Shown one piece after another: positions 50,811 through 58,972 of a stretch of DNA of 64,000 nt (positions are counted from its first letter, which is position 1; every line of letters begins with the position of its first letter). The position numbers were made by a program, and so were the translations under genes. This DNA is from an uncultured bacterium (GTDB lineage: Bacteria; Chloroflexota; UBA5177; JANWHV01): assembly GCA_963729625.1 (NCBI GenBank), contig CAVSOU010000008.1, positions 928,001-992,000 of the forward strand, given 5' to 3'. The notes beneath the pieces are model-generated. The model was not told the DNA's origin, did not search any database, and saw nothing but the letters and a program-made list of their open reading frames with translations.

Positions 50811-52307
50811 TCAACTGGTCGTCGTGTCCTGGCAGCTCCAGCTATAGGGATCGTTGATGTCGCCCACCACGGCCGTCGCGTTCATGTCCGCGAACTGCCA
50901 CTGGCAGGCCTCGTTCACATCGATATCCTCCCGATCGCCGTTGCTGTCGATGCAATGCCAGTCGTAGGCCGTCGAGCCGTCGAGACTGGCGCCCTGTCCG
51001 CCCAGATACTGGCAGTAGCCGTTGAGGTCCAGCGTTCCCAGGTTCGTGCCGGACGTCCCGCTGGATTGGCCCGAGGATGAACCGTCCTCCCATGTCACCT
51101 GCACCGGGTCCGACTGGGCGACCACGTTGCCGTCCACATCCGCGATCTGCGCCACGAAGCTGTCCGTGCCGGCGGCGTCGGCCTCCGCCGGGCCGGAACA
51201 GCTTTCGCCGCTACCGCACCCCGCGATCTGCATGCCGGTGCCCTGGTCGAGGATGACGATGTAGTACGGTGTCGGCCAGACGTCCTGGCTCGCCTGCGCC
51301 GTGAAATTGACGGTGTCACCGGCCTGCACGTCCGTCTGGTCCGCGCTCAGCGTCACGGTCCAGTCCCCGCCATCGTTGCCCTCGTCCGAGCTGCCTACCC
51401 AGGTGATCTGTTGCGGCGAGGACTGGGCCACGACGTTCCCCGACAAATCGGAGACCTCGGCCACATACGATGCGGAGTCCGTGCCGTCGAACGGAATCTC
51501 GGCGGTGCACGCGCTGCCATCCCCGCAGGTCTCCACGGCTTCGCCGCTCGACTGGTCGGTAATCACGATATAGAACGGGGTGAATGCCACATCCAGGCTC
51601 GCATCGGCTGTGAGGTTCACGGTTGTCCCCGCCGGCACGTTGGATGGATCGGAGGCATCCGTGGTGAGGCTGACGGACCAGAGATACGCCGTGTCGTCGA
51701 AGCCAGGTAAGTGGTTGTCAAAGTAGTCGTTAGGACGGCCAAGCGACAGGCTGGCCACCGGATCGTCCGGCAGAACGGCGCCGTAGGTTTGCAAGATCTT
51801 AACTGCTTTCGTCAAGCAGTCGTTCGCGGCCACAGTCGGATGGTGGAGCAGGTCCAGTATCCAGAACCCGCTCGTAGCTTGCTTGCCGACCTCCGTCTCC
51901 GCGTCAGTTACGTCCGCCTTCGGCGGTTTACCGCAGCGGTACTGAAGGTACGCGATACTGGCCGGCCTGCCGTAGGGACTTCCATTCGCGAACGTCTGCA
52001 AAAGGTCATTCCACGAGCCGTGCCTCTCCCAACTGTGTGTCCAGTCCCAACTTGGGTTCGGCTCATACTGCTTAGGATTGTTGTTGTTGGCCTCGGTGCT
52101 GCCGAAAGCCCAATCATTCTCGCCGTCAGCAAAGGCCCAGCCGACGTGCCCAAGGTCGTACACGTCATTCGGCGCATCGATCATGCAGACTCTGGCCCAT
52201 GAAGGGGCGGAACTCGCTGCTCGCGCACGATGGCTGGAAGGGGTTGTGAGCCCGACCAGCCCGGCAAGCACGAGCGCCCACCGGATGCACGCCAATATCC
52301 TTGCCAT
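50811..52307 (-). CDS. Secreted acidic protein with two Ig-like domains and a C-terminal Cys-containing domain
   Basis: GGGAGGGAG then ATG 52307; signal peptide; two W.V.L..D...V.AG.TV..TA.AS.DV..TP.YIVI.DQ..G.....CG.G..C repeats. Confidence 0.75.
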   Translation of the reverse strand: MARILACIRWALVLAGLVGLTTPSSHRARAASSAPSWARVCMIDAPNDVYDLGHVGWAFADGENDWAFGSTEANNNNPKQYEPNPSWDWTHSWERHGSWNDLLQTFANGSPYGRPASIAYLQYRCGKPPKADVTDAETEVGKQATSGFWILDLLHHPTVAANDCLTKAVKILQTYGAVLPDDPVASLSLGRPNDYFDNHLPGFDDTAYLWSVSLTTDASDPSNVPAGTTVNLTADASLDVAFTPFYIVITDQSSGEAVETCGDGSACTAEIPFDGTDSASYVAEVSDLSGNVVAQSSPQQITWVGSSDEGNDGGDWTVTLSADQTDVQAGDTVNFTAQASQDVWPTPYYIVILDQGTGMQIAGCGSGESCSGPAEADAAGTDSFVAQIADVDGNVVAQSDPVQVTWEDGSSSGQSSGTSGTNLGTLDLNGYCQYLGGQGASLDGSTAYDWHCIDSNGDREDIDVNEACQWQFADMNATAVVGDINDPYSWSCQDTTTS

Positions 52308-52391
52308 GCGTTTGCTCCCTCCCAGCCTGACGAGTGATGTTGCTGCCACGTTTTTCTTCGTCTGGACCCCTTCTGGCACGGCAGTGGGCAA

Positions 52392-53147
52392 TTACTGCTC
52401 CTTCGGCGGCGCCGGCCAGCTACTGCTCTGATCTGAGCTCGCCCGCCCAGATCCGACGGAGCGCGGATGCAGCAGGTGCTCCATCTCATCCTGGCTGAGG
52501 GCGCCGCTCGGTCTGCCCATCCATGGCTGCATGGGGCCCGACGCTGAGCCGCCGGCATCCTCGGGCGGCCGTGGCCAGCCGGCCGTGCCTCCCCAAGACT
52601 GCGCGGAGCCGCTCGGCTGCCACGCATGTGCCTGCTGTAGCACCCACGCGTCGCCCGTGACGAGACGCGCGAAGCCAGCCACGGCGAGCACGATGGCCGC
52701 TGCCAGCATCAGCCACAGCCCGGCGCCTGCGCCGATCGACACGTAGCCGCGCAGCCACTGCAGCGCCGAGCTGCTACTCACCGCGGACACGGCGGCGATG
52801 TTGCGCGCGCTGACGGCGATCAGCACCGCCGCTGCCAGGATATCGCCGATGCCCTGGGCCTGGCGGACCTCGCTGCAACGTATGAGAGCCGCCAGCCCGA
52901 TCAGCGCCACGGCGCCGCCCAGTGCGGGGGCATACCAGCCGTCGAGGATCTGACCGTCGAAGCCGCTCCACGAGAAGCTGGTGGTGGTGGTATAGCCATT
53001 GGCGTCCTGGTAGCTGGTCTGCGCGGTGATCCAGGGCAGGAATGCGCAGATCGCCGCGATCACACCTGCCGCCAACGCCGTGATCGTCGGCAACAACGCT
53101 ACCTCCGTCTGGGTGGACGGGACATCGTACGCGCTGCGTGCCTCCAT
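52392..53147 (-). CDS. 4-TM membrane protein (PWITA...LDGWY family) with a low-complexity tail
   Basis: GGAGGAGGGGG then ATG 53147; aligns by eye with three paralogs in the window. Confidence 0.8.
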   Translation of the reverse strand: MEARSAYDVPSTQTEVALLPTITALAAGVIAAICAFLPWITAQTSYQDANGYTTTTSFSWSGFDGQILDGWYAPALGGAVALIGLAALIRCSEVRQAQGIGDILAAAVLIAVSARNIAAVSAVSSSSALQWLRGYVSIGAGAGLWLMLAAAIVLAVAGFARLVTGDAWVLQQAHAWQPSGSAQSWGGTAGWPRPPEDAGGSASGPMQPWMGRPSGALSQDEMEHLLHPRSVGSGRASSDQSSSWPAPPKEQ

Positions 53148-53290
53148 TGTCTTTCCCCCTCCTCCCGCCGCGCGCGGCAGGCGCATCGCTACCGCCGGCT
53201 CGCCAGAGCCCCGGTCCATGCATGCGGCCAACCGACCCAGCTTGGGCAAAGTACGGCGTGTCCGCGCGCCGGGTCACTGATGACACGCCC

Positions 53291-53324
53291 ATCCTAGCAG
53301 CCGAACATTAGGCGGACATTAGGC
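53291..53324 (-). promoter_or_regulatory. Tandem-repeat promoter element, copy 14
   Basis: Minus strand GCCTAATG-tcc-GCCTAATG-ttcggc-TGC-TAGGAT upstream of CDS 53147, divergent from the SARP regulator. Confidence 0.88.
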
Positions 53325-53346
53325 GTACCAAGATAGCCGCACTAGC

Positions 53347-53380
53347 CTCATATGCGCGCCGTACGGACCTCTGCTACACT
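53347..53380 (+). promoter_or_regulatory. Degenerate copy of the element facing the SARP regulator gene
   Basis: CTCATATG-cgc-GCCGTACG-gacctc-TGC-TACACT: same spacing and extended -10; proximal repeat 6/8 and distal repeat 4/8 match. Confidence 0.4.
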
Positions 53381-53416
53381 GTCCCGCAGCAAGCCCGATG
53401 CGCCTGGAGGCGGGTA

Positions 53417-55894
53417 GTGTCGAGGGGTCAGGAGCCACGAGCACGTGTCCACGGGAAGCAACGCCGGGCCGATCCGGCGCGCGGATCCGGTCGCGACACA
53501 TCGAAGCTTGCCGTGGGCGCGGATCCGATTTCCGCGCAGCATGCCCTGCCCGTGCTCCACGTGCGGACGCTCGGCGGGTTTTCGCTACTGCGTGGTGAAG
53601 AGTCGCTCATAACCGAGGCGTGGCGCGGTGATCGGCTCTGGCCGCTCTTCACCGGCCTGCTCAGTGCAAGCAACCACCGGCTCAGCCGGGACCAGGCAAT
53701 CGAGCTTCTCTGGCCGGATAAGGAGCTGGCGGACCCGGCGAACAGCCTGCGCGAAGTACTGAGCAAGCTTCGTCGGCTGCTGGCCGGCGGCTCCTCGGCG
53801 CCAACTCAGGCCTATGTGCGGAGCGACGGTGCATTCCTGGTCCTGGTGTCCGGTGCGGTGCTGATCGATGCCGATATGTTTCTTGCGGAGGCGCAAAGGG
53901 CATCGGCTACCCGGGACCTGACGGCATGCCAGACAGCGATCGATCTGTATGCCGGCGAGTACCTGCCGCAGGGGACAGTCGAACCGCTCTCCCGGCACGC
54001 CGCACTCGTGCGCGGACGTCGGAGTGCCTTGCGCCATGCCGCGAGCGACGTGCTCGCCCTGGCCGCCGAGCTCTGCGATGGAACGGACCTACGTCGTGCC
54101 GCCGCGTATTTGCAACGTGCATTCGGGCTGAATCCCAGCGCCGAGGAGAAGGCGCGCCGGCTCATGACCACGTATGCGCGCATTGGCGAGCTCGCGGCCG
54201 CGCAGGAGGTGTTCGGCACGCTGACACGCACGCTCGCGCACCAGGGCGTGCCGCCGAGCCTGGAGACAACCCGGCTGCGCGACTCGCTGCTGGAAAAAAG
54301 CGCACCTCGCGGCACCTTGCCCCAGGAGGGCCAGGCCCCGGCAGGCTTGCTCACCTGCCTGGTCGTGCTCGGAGACGGAGCGACTCCCGCCCCTGTGGAA
54401 GCCGTCGTAGCTGCGCACCACGGGAGCAGCGCCGATGCGGACCCCACGGATCGGTGCTGGCGCTTCAGCTTCTCCGATCCACATGAGGCCCTCGCCGCCG
54501 CCTTGACGCTCACCTCGCCCCCGCCCTCCGCTGCCATTCCCCGTGGCATGCGCGCCGCTGTCCATACCGGGCAAACCGGATATCGGCCTGAGCACGATGC
54601 GGGCTTCGCGCTGGCCAAGATGCTTGCCGAGATTGCACACGCCGGACAGGCATTGGTGTCGCACGTGACGTATGCGGTCGCAGGCGCCTCGCTGCCGGCA
54701 CACATGGCACTGCCCAGGCTTGATTCCTATGAGCTGCCCTACAGCTCGGAGCCGGTTGCCGTCTACCAGCTCAGCAAAGCGAACTCGGTCGTCACCTACC
54801 CGCCGCTGCGAGCACGTCGTCACCGGCCGCATAATCTGCCGGCTCCGATCACGGCCTACGTGGCGCGGCCGCGACTTCAGGCAAGGCTCGGCGCGCTGAT
54901 CGCTCCCGCCGCGGGACGCAGCACCCGACTGTTAACGCTGACCGGCGTGGGCGGCGGCGGCAAGACGCGCCTGGCAGTGGAGCTGGCGCGTGACCTGCTG
55001 CCGCGGTTTCCCGACGGCGTCTGGCTGGTCGAGCTCGCCTCGCTGTCCGAGCCGCGCGATGTGCCGGCACAGATCGCGCGCGTGCTCGGCCTGCGTGAGG
55101 AGCGCGGCGTTCCGATAATGGATTCCGTTGCCGCCTATCTGCGCGCCCGCGAGCAGCCCTTGCTGCTGGTGCTCGACAACTGCGAGCATCTGGTGGACGC
55201 ATGCGCTCAAGCCACGGCGGTGTTGCTCCAGGCCGGCGAGCTGGTCCACGTGCTGGCCACCAGTCGCGAACGGCTGCGCATGCAAGGTGAGCGCGCCGAA
55301 GAGGTGCCGCTTCTGTCGACGCCAATCCCGCGCGACGGCGGCTTTCCGCTCGCGGATATCGGCGGGGCGGAGTCCGTCCGGCTATTCTGCACGCGCTCCA
55401 CGGAAAGCGTGCCCGACTTTGCGCTGTCCGCCGCGAACGCGCAGGCTACTGCCCGCATCTGTGCACGGCTCGATGGGATCCCGCTGGCTATCGAGCTCGC
55501 GGCGGCGCAGCTTGTCCGCCTGCCCCTCACGGAGATTGTGGATGGCCTTGACCGCTCCATCGGGCTGTTGGCCGGCGGCAATACCGGCGCCTTGCCCCGG
55601 CACCAGACGCTTCACGCGGCGATCGACTGGAGCTATCGGCTGCTCAGTGCGGACGCGCAAACCTTATTCCGGAGACTCGCGGTCTTCGCCGGAGGCTGGA
55701 CGGCCCCCGCCGCTCAGGAAGTGTGCGGACTGAGAGGCCTCCATCCGGACGACGTCGGGCCGCTACTGCAGGAGCTCCTCCTGGCGTCGCTCGCGATCCG
55801 CTACAAGGCCGGTGACCAGCATCGCTACCGTATGCTCGAGCCCGTGCGACAATATGCCCTGGGTCAGCTCCATGGTCAGCTCGACACCGCTTGA
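53417..55894 (+). CDS. AfsR/SARP-family regulator: winged-helix, BTAD, degenerate cyclase-like domain and NB-ARC ATPase; C-terminal TPRs missing
   Basis: VRTLGGF, LSRDQAIELLWPD, LREVLSKLRRLL, AIDLYAGEYL; MRAAVHTG; HNLPAPIT, TLTGVGGGGKTRLA, LVLDNCEHL, LATSRE, LDGIPLAIELAA, YRMLEPVRQYA. Confidence 0.9.
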   Translation: MSRGQEPRARVHGKQRRADPARGSGRDTSKLAVGADPISAQHALPVLHVRTLGGFSLLRGEESLITEAWRGDRLWPLFTGLLSASNHRLSRDQAIELLWPDKELADPANSLREVLSKLRRLLAGGSSAPTQAYVRSDGAFLVLVSGAVLIDADMFLAEAQRASATRDLTACQTAIDLYAGEYLPQGTVEPLSRHAALVRGRRSALRHAASDVLALAAELCDGTDLRRAAAYLQRAFGLNPSAEEKARRLMTTYARIGELAAAQEVFGTLTRTLAHQGVPPSLETTRLRDSLLEKSAPRGTLPQEGQAPAGLLTCLVVLGDGATPAPVEAVVAAHHGSSADADPTDRCWRFSFSDPHEALAAALTLTSPPPSAAIPRGMRAAVHTGQTGYRPEHDAGFALAKMLAEIAHAGQALVSHVTYAVAGASLPAHMALPRLDSYELPYSSEPVAVYQLSKANSVVTYPPLRARRHRPHNLPAPITAYVARPRLQARLGALIAPAAGRSTRLLTLTGVGGGGKTRLAVELARDLLPRFPDGVWLVELASLSEPRDVPAQIARVLGLREERGVPIMDSVAAYLRAREQPLLLVLDNCEHLVDACAQATAVLLQAGELVHVLATSRERLRMQGERAEEVPLLSTPIPRDGGFPLADIGGAESVRLFCTRSTESVPDFALSAANAQATARICARLDGIPLAIELAAAQLVRLPLTEIVDGLDRSIGLLAGGNTGALPRHQTLHAAIDWSYRLLSADAQTLFRRLAVFAGGWTAPAAQEVCGLRGLHPDDVGPLLQELLLASLAIRYKAGDQHRYRMLEPVRQYALGQLHGQLDTA

Positions 55895-56039
55895 TGCCCA
55901 CGAGTTGCATGCGCCCAGTGGCGCCTACGATCGGCTCTCCGGAAGACGCGAAGAAAGGAGCGCACGCAAGACCGGCCGTGTTCCATAGCGCGCTGGCGGC
56001 GACCATGCGCGAGCGGGTCGCAAATGAGCAGAGGTTCGG

Positions 56040-56190
56040 GTGGTACGGCGTGAGCAGTGAAGCGCGACAGGTGCACGTGGCGCACCGCGACTACTACCTC
56101 CGGCCCGCCGAGGAGGCCCTCGCGGCGAGGCAAAGCGAGCTGCAGGAGCAATGGCTGGCACCGCTCGCGGCAGAAGACGGCATCATGAAG
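56040..56190 (+). pseudogene. Detached short continuation of the SARP/NB-ARC regulator
   Basis: EARQVHVAHRDYYLRPAEEA...EQWLAPLAAEDG, homologous to the start of 10562-11617, then breaks off. Confidence 0.7.
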
Positions 56191-56212
56191 GACGTGCCGG
56201 CCTGTGGGTTCC

Positions 56213-56246
56213 GCCTAACGCCCACCTAACGTCCCGCTGCTATAAT
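56213..56246 (+). promoter_or_regulatory. Tandem-repeat promoter element, copy 15
   Basis: GCCTAACG-ccc-ACCTAACG-tcccgc-TGC-TATAAT (perfect -10) upstream of the kinase. Confidence 0.9.
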
Positions 56247-56335
56247 TGGGCTGTCTCATGGGGCATAATACCCTGTCCAGCACTCCTGCGCGAGTTTGCG
56301 ACTTGCGGCCGGGCCGCGGGACTGGAGCCTGATCG

Positions 56336-58780
56336 GTGAGCCTGCCTACTGGCACCATGGTAAGCGGCTACCGCATCCTCTACGAGGCTGGGCGGGGCGG
56401 CATGGCCGTGGTCTACCGTGCTCGGCAGGAGAACCTCGGCCGCGATGTGGCTCTCAAGATGCTGTCGAGCACACTGGCCTTCGACCCTGGCTTCCTAGCC
56501 CGCTTTCATCAAGAGGCCCATTCAGTGGCCAGCCTACAGCACCCTGCCATTCTGGTCATCCATGACGTAGGGGCCTTCCAAGAGCAGCCGTACCTGGTGA
56601 CCGAGTTCATCGAGGGCGGCACACTGGTGAAGTACCTTGGAACGCCGCAGCCCCTCGGAACGGTTGTCCAGCTTCTGGGTCCCATCGCCTCAGCCCTCGA
56701 CCACGCCCACGCGAGGGGAATCCTGCATCGCGACGTCAAGCCCGCGAACATCCTGCTTCGCCAGGACGGCGGCCCGGTGCTGGCAGACTTTGGCCTGGCG
56801 GTGGCGGCTGAAGCCAATCGGCGCCTGACCCGTACCGGACTTACCATGGGCACACCCGAGTACATGGCGCCCGAGCAGGCGACGCAGCCCTCGAGTAGTC
56901 TCACACCCGCCGTTGACCGCTACTCCCTTGCCGTGATCGCTTATGAACTGCTCACCGGACGAGTGCCGTTCGAAGGGCCGACGCCGGTAGCAGTGGTCAT
57001 GGCGCAGGTCACCCAGGCGCCTCCCCCGCCGCGTGCCCTTAACCCTGCGCTCGCGCTCGGCTTGGATGCCGTTCTGCTCAGTGGTTTGGCCAAGGAGCCG
57101 GATCACCGTTACCCCAGCGCCACGGCCTATATCCAGGCCCTCGTTGCGACTGCTAACGCCGATGCACCGGAGGCTATGAATGCAGCCCTCCCACCCACGG
57201 TCGCCGTCGCCGCAAACGCGATCCCTCGAGCCGCCGGTGCCATGGCGGGCCCGCCCGCGCCAGCCGGAGCTGCGATCGTCAGCGCGCTGCGGGCGCCGGG
57301 GTCGGGGCCGGCCGACCCAATCCTCATCAACTGGCAGCCGACGCAGGTGGCCGGACGGCTGCCGCGACGGCACAGGCGCGTGTACGCTCTGATGGCAGCG
57401 ATTTTCGTGGCCACACTGGCCGTTGCGGTGGCTGGTGTGTTCGCCTGGCACGGCGGCATTCGCCTGGCCGGCAACACACCTGCGTCGGTAACGCGAAGTG
57501 CGAGACCGCCCACATCCACTGGCCAGACGACGCGGATCGCAATCGTAGTTCCGGCTGGGTCCGGTACGGCCAGCCCTGGGCCGACGGATGTTCCCACCGC
57601 GTCCGCGAGGCCCTTGCCATCGACAACTCTTCTGGCACAGCCATTGTGGGTGGCGGCATTGTCCCCGGGTGAGATCACGACTGTCGCAGGCAACAGCCGA
57701 ACGCGAATCGACAGCAACGGTGTCGATGTGGGTACGTACACGGGCAATGGTGGCCTCGCCAAGGATGCCGGTTTTTCTCGCCCGTTCAGCGTGGCCGTTG
57801 ACGCCCTGGGTAATCTCATTGTCGCTGACACTTTCAACAATCGCATTCGGAAGATCGCGTTGGACTCGGGCATCGTCACTAACATCGCCGACAATGGCGA
57901 CTACCATTTCAGTGGTGACGGCGGGCTAGCTATAGATGCGGGGATAAGTCCCAACGACGTAGCACTCGATCAGTTAGGAAACCTGTATATCGCAGACGCC
58001 GCCAATCATCGTGTGCGGAAGGTGAGCGCAAGCACCGGCATCGTCACTACCGTTGCCGGTACGGGCACGTACGGCGACAGCGGTGACGGGGGCCTAGCCA
58101 CGCAGGCGGAGATCAGCTTTCCCAATTACGTGGCTTTCGACAATGAAGGGAACATCTACTTCGTTGATTTCGGTGCGGAGCGCGTGCGGAAGATAGACGT
58201 GAATACCGGCTACATCTCCACGGTTGCCGGCGACGGCGTTGTTCGGAAGGATACCTACGGAATCTGGATCGGCAGCTACAGCGGCGACGGCGGCCCGGCC
58301 TAGGAGGCGGGACTCAATCGCCCAAGCGGTGTGGCTGTTGACCAAGCAGGGAATATCTATATCGCGGATCGCGACAACAATCGCATCCGTATGGTCCAGG
58401 CAGCAACGGGGGCTATTTCGACGGTAGCTGGCACCGGGGTCGCAGGCTTCAGTGGCGACGGTGGCCCGGCGGCGGCAGCCGAACTGTCGCAGCCAAGCTG
58501 TGTGATACTCGACACGCGCGGCGATCTCTACATATCGGACACAGGTAATCAGCGGGTCCGCATGGTGGATGCAGCAACCGGCGCAATCACGACGATCGCC
58601 GGTGCCAGGCCGATCGACAGTAGTGGCGACGGCGGATATGGCGGCGATTATGGTGCCGCCACCGACGCGCAGTTGAATCAACCTCTCGGCCTTGCGATGG
58701 ATCGGATGGGGAATCTCTACATAGCAGACAGTCTCAACAACCGAGTGCGCGTGGTGCGCGGAGTAGCGTCGGCCAACTGA
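56336..58780 (+). CDS. Membrane Ser/Thr protein kinase with extracellular NHL-repeat propeller; in-frame TAG at 58301-58303
   Basis: GRGGMAVVY, VALK, HRDVKPANIL, DFG, GTPEYMAPE; TM helix; SGDGG.A...P..VA.D..GN.YIAD..N.R.R repeats continue in frame after the stop. Confidence 0.88.
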
Positions 58781-58972
58781 CTTTGTTCAGCCCCGGCAAG
58801 TGCCCGCGAAGCTATCGGCCGGGCGGCGCGACCGCCTGTGTCCGCGGATCGGATCGGCGAACGGTGCTGTAAGCGGCCAACTCGCGGGGCCGGCTAGGGC
58901 AGGTGGCTTGATAGTAAATATGGCCGCATCAGTAGTTACCGTGGTTGGCCCCGTGGCCCGGTCCGGCTCACT

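Noticed and set aside
1555-56246. Integron attC cassette array (GCCTAAC/GTTAGGC equal the RYYYAAC/GTTRRRY cores; TA modules present; several copies follow stop codons)
   Set aside because: Each element is a direct repeat plus -10 box, not an inverted R''-L''-L'-R' hairpin; copies track gene 5' ends on both strands; no integron integrase in the window
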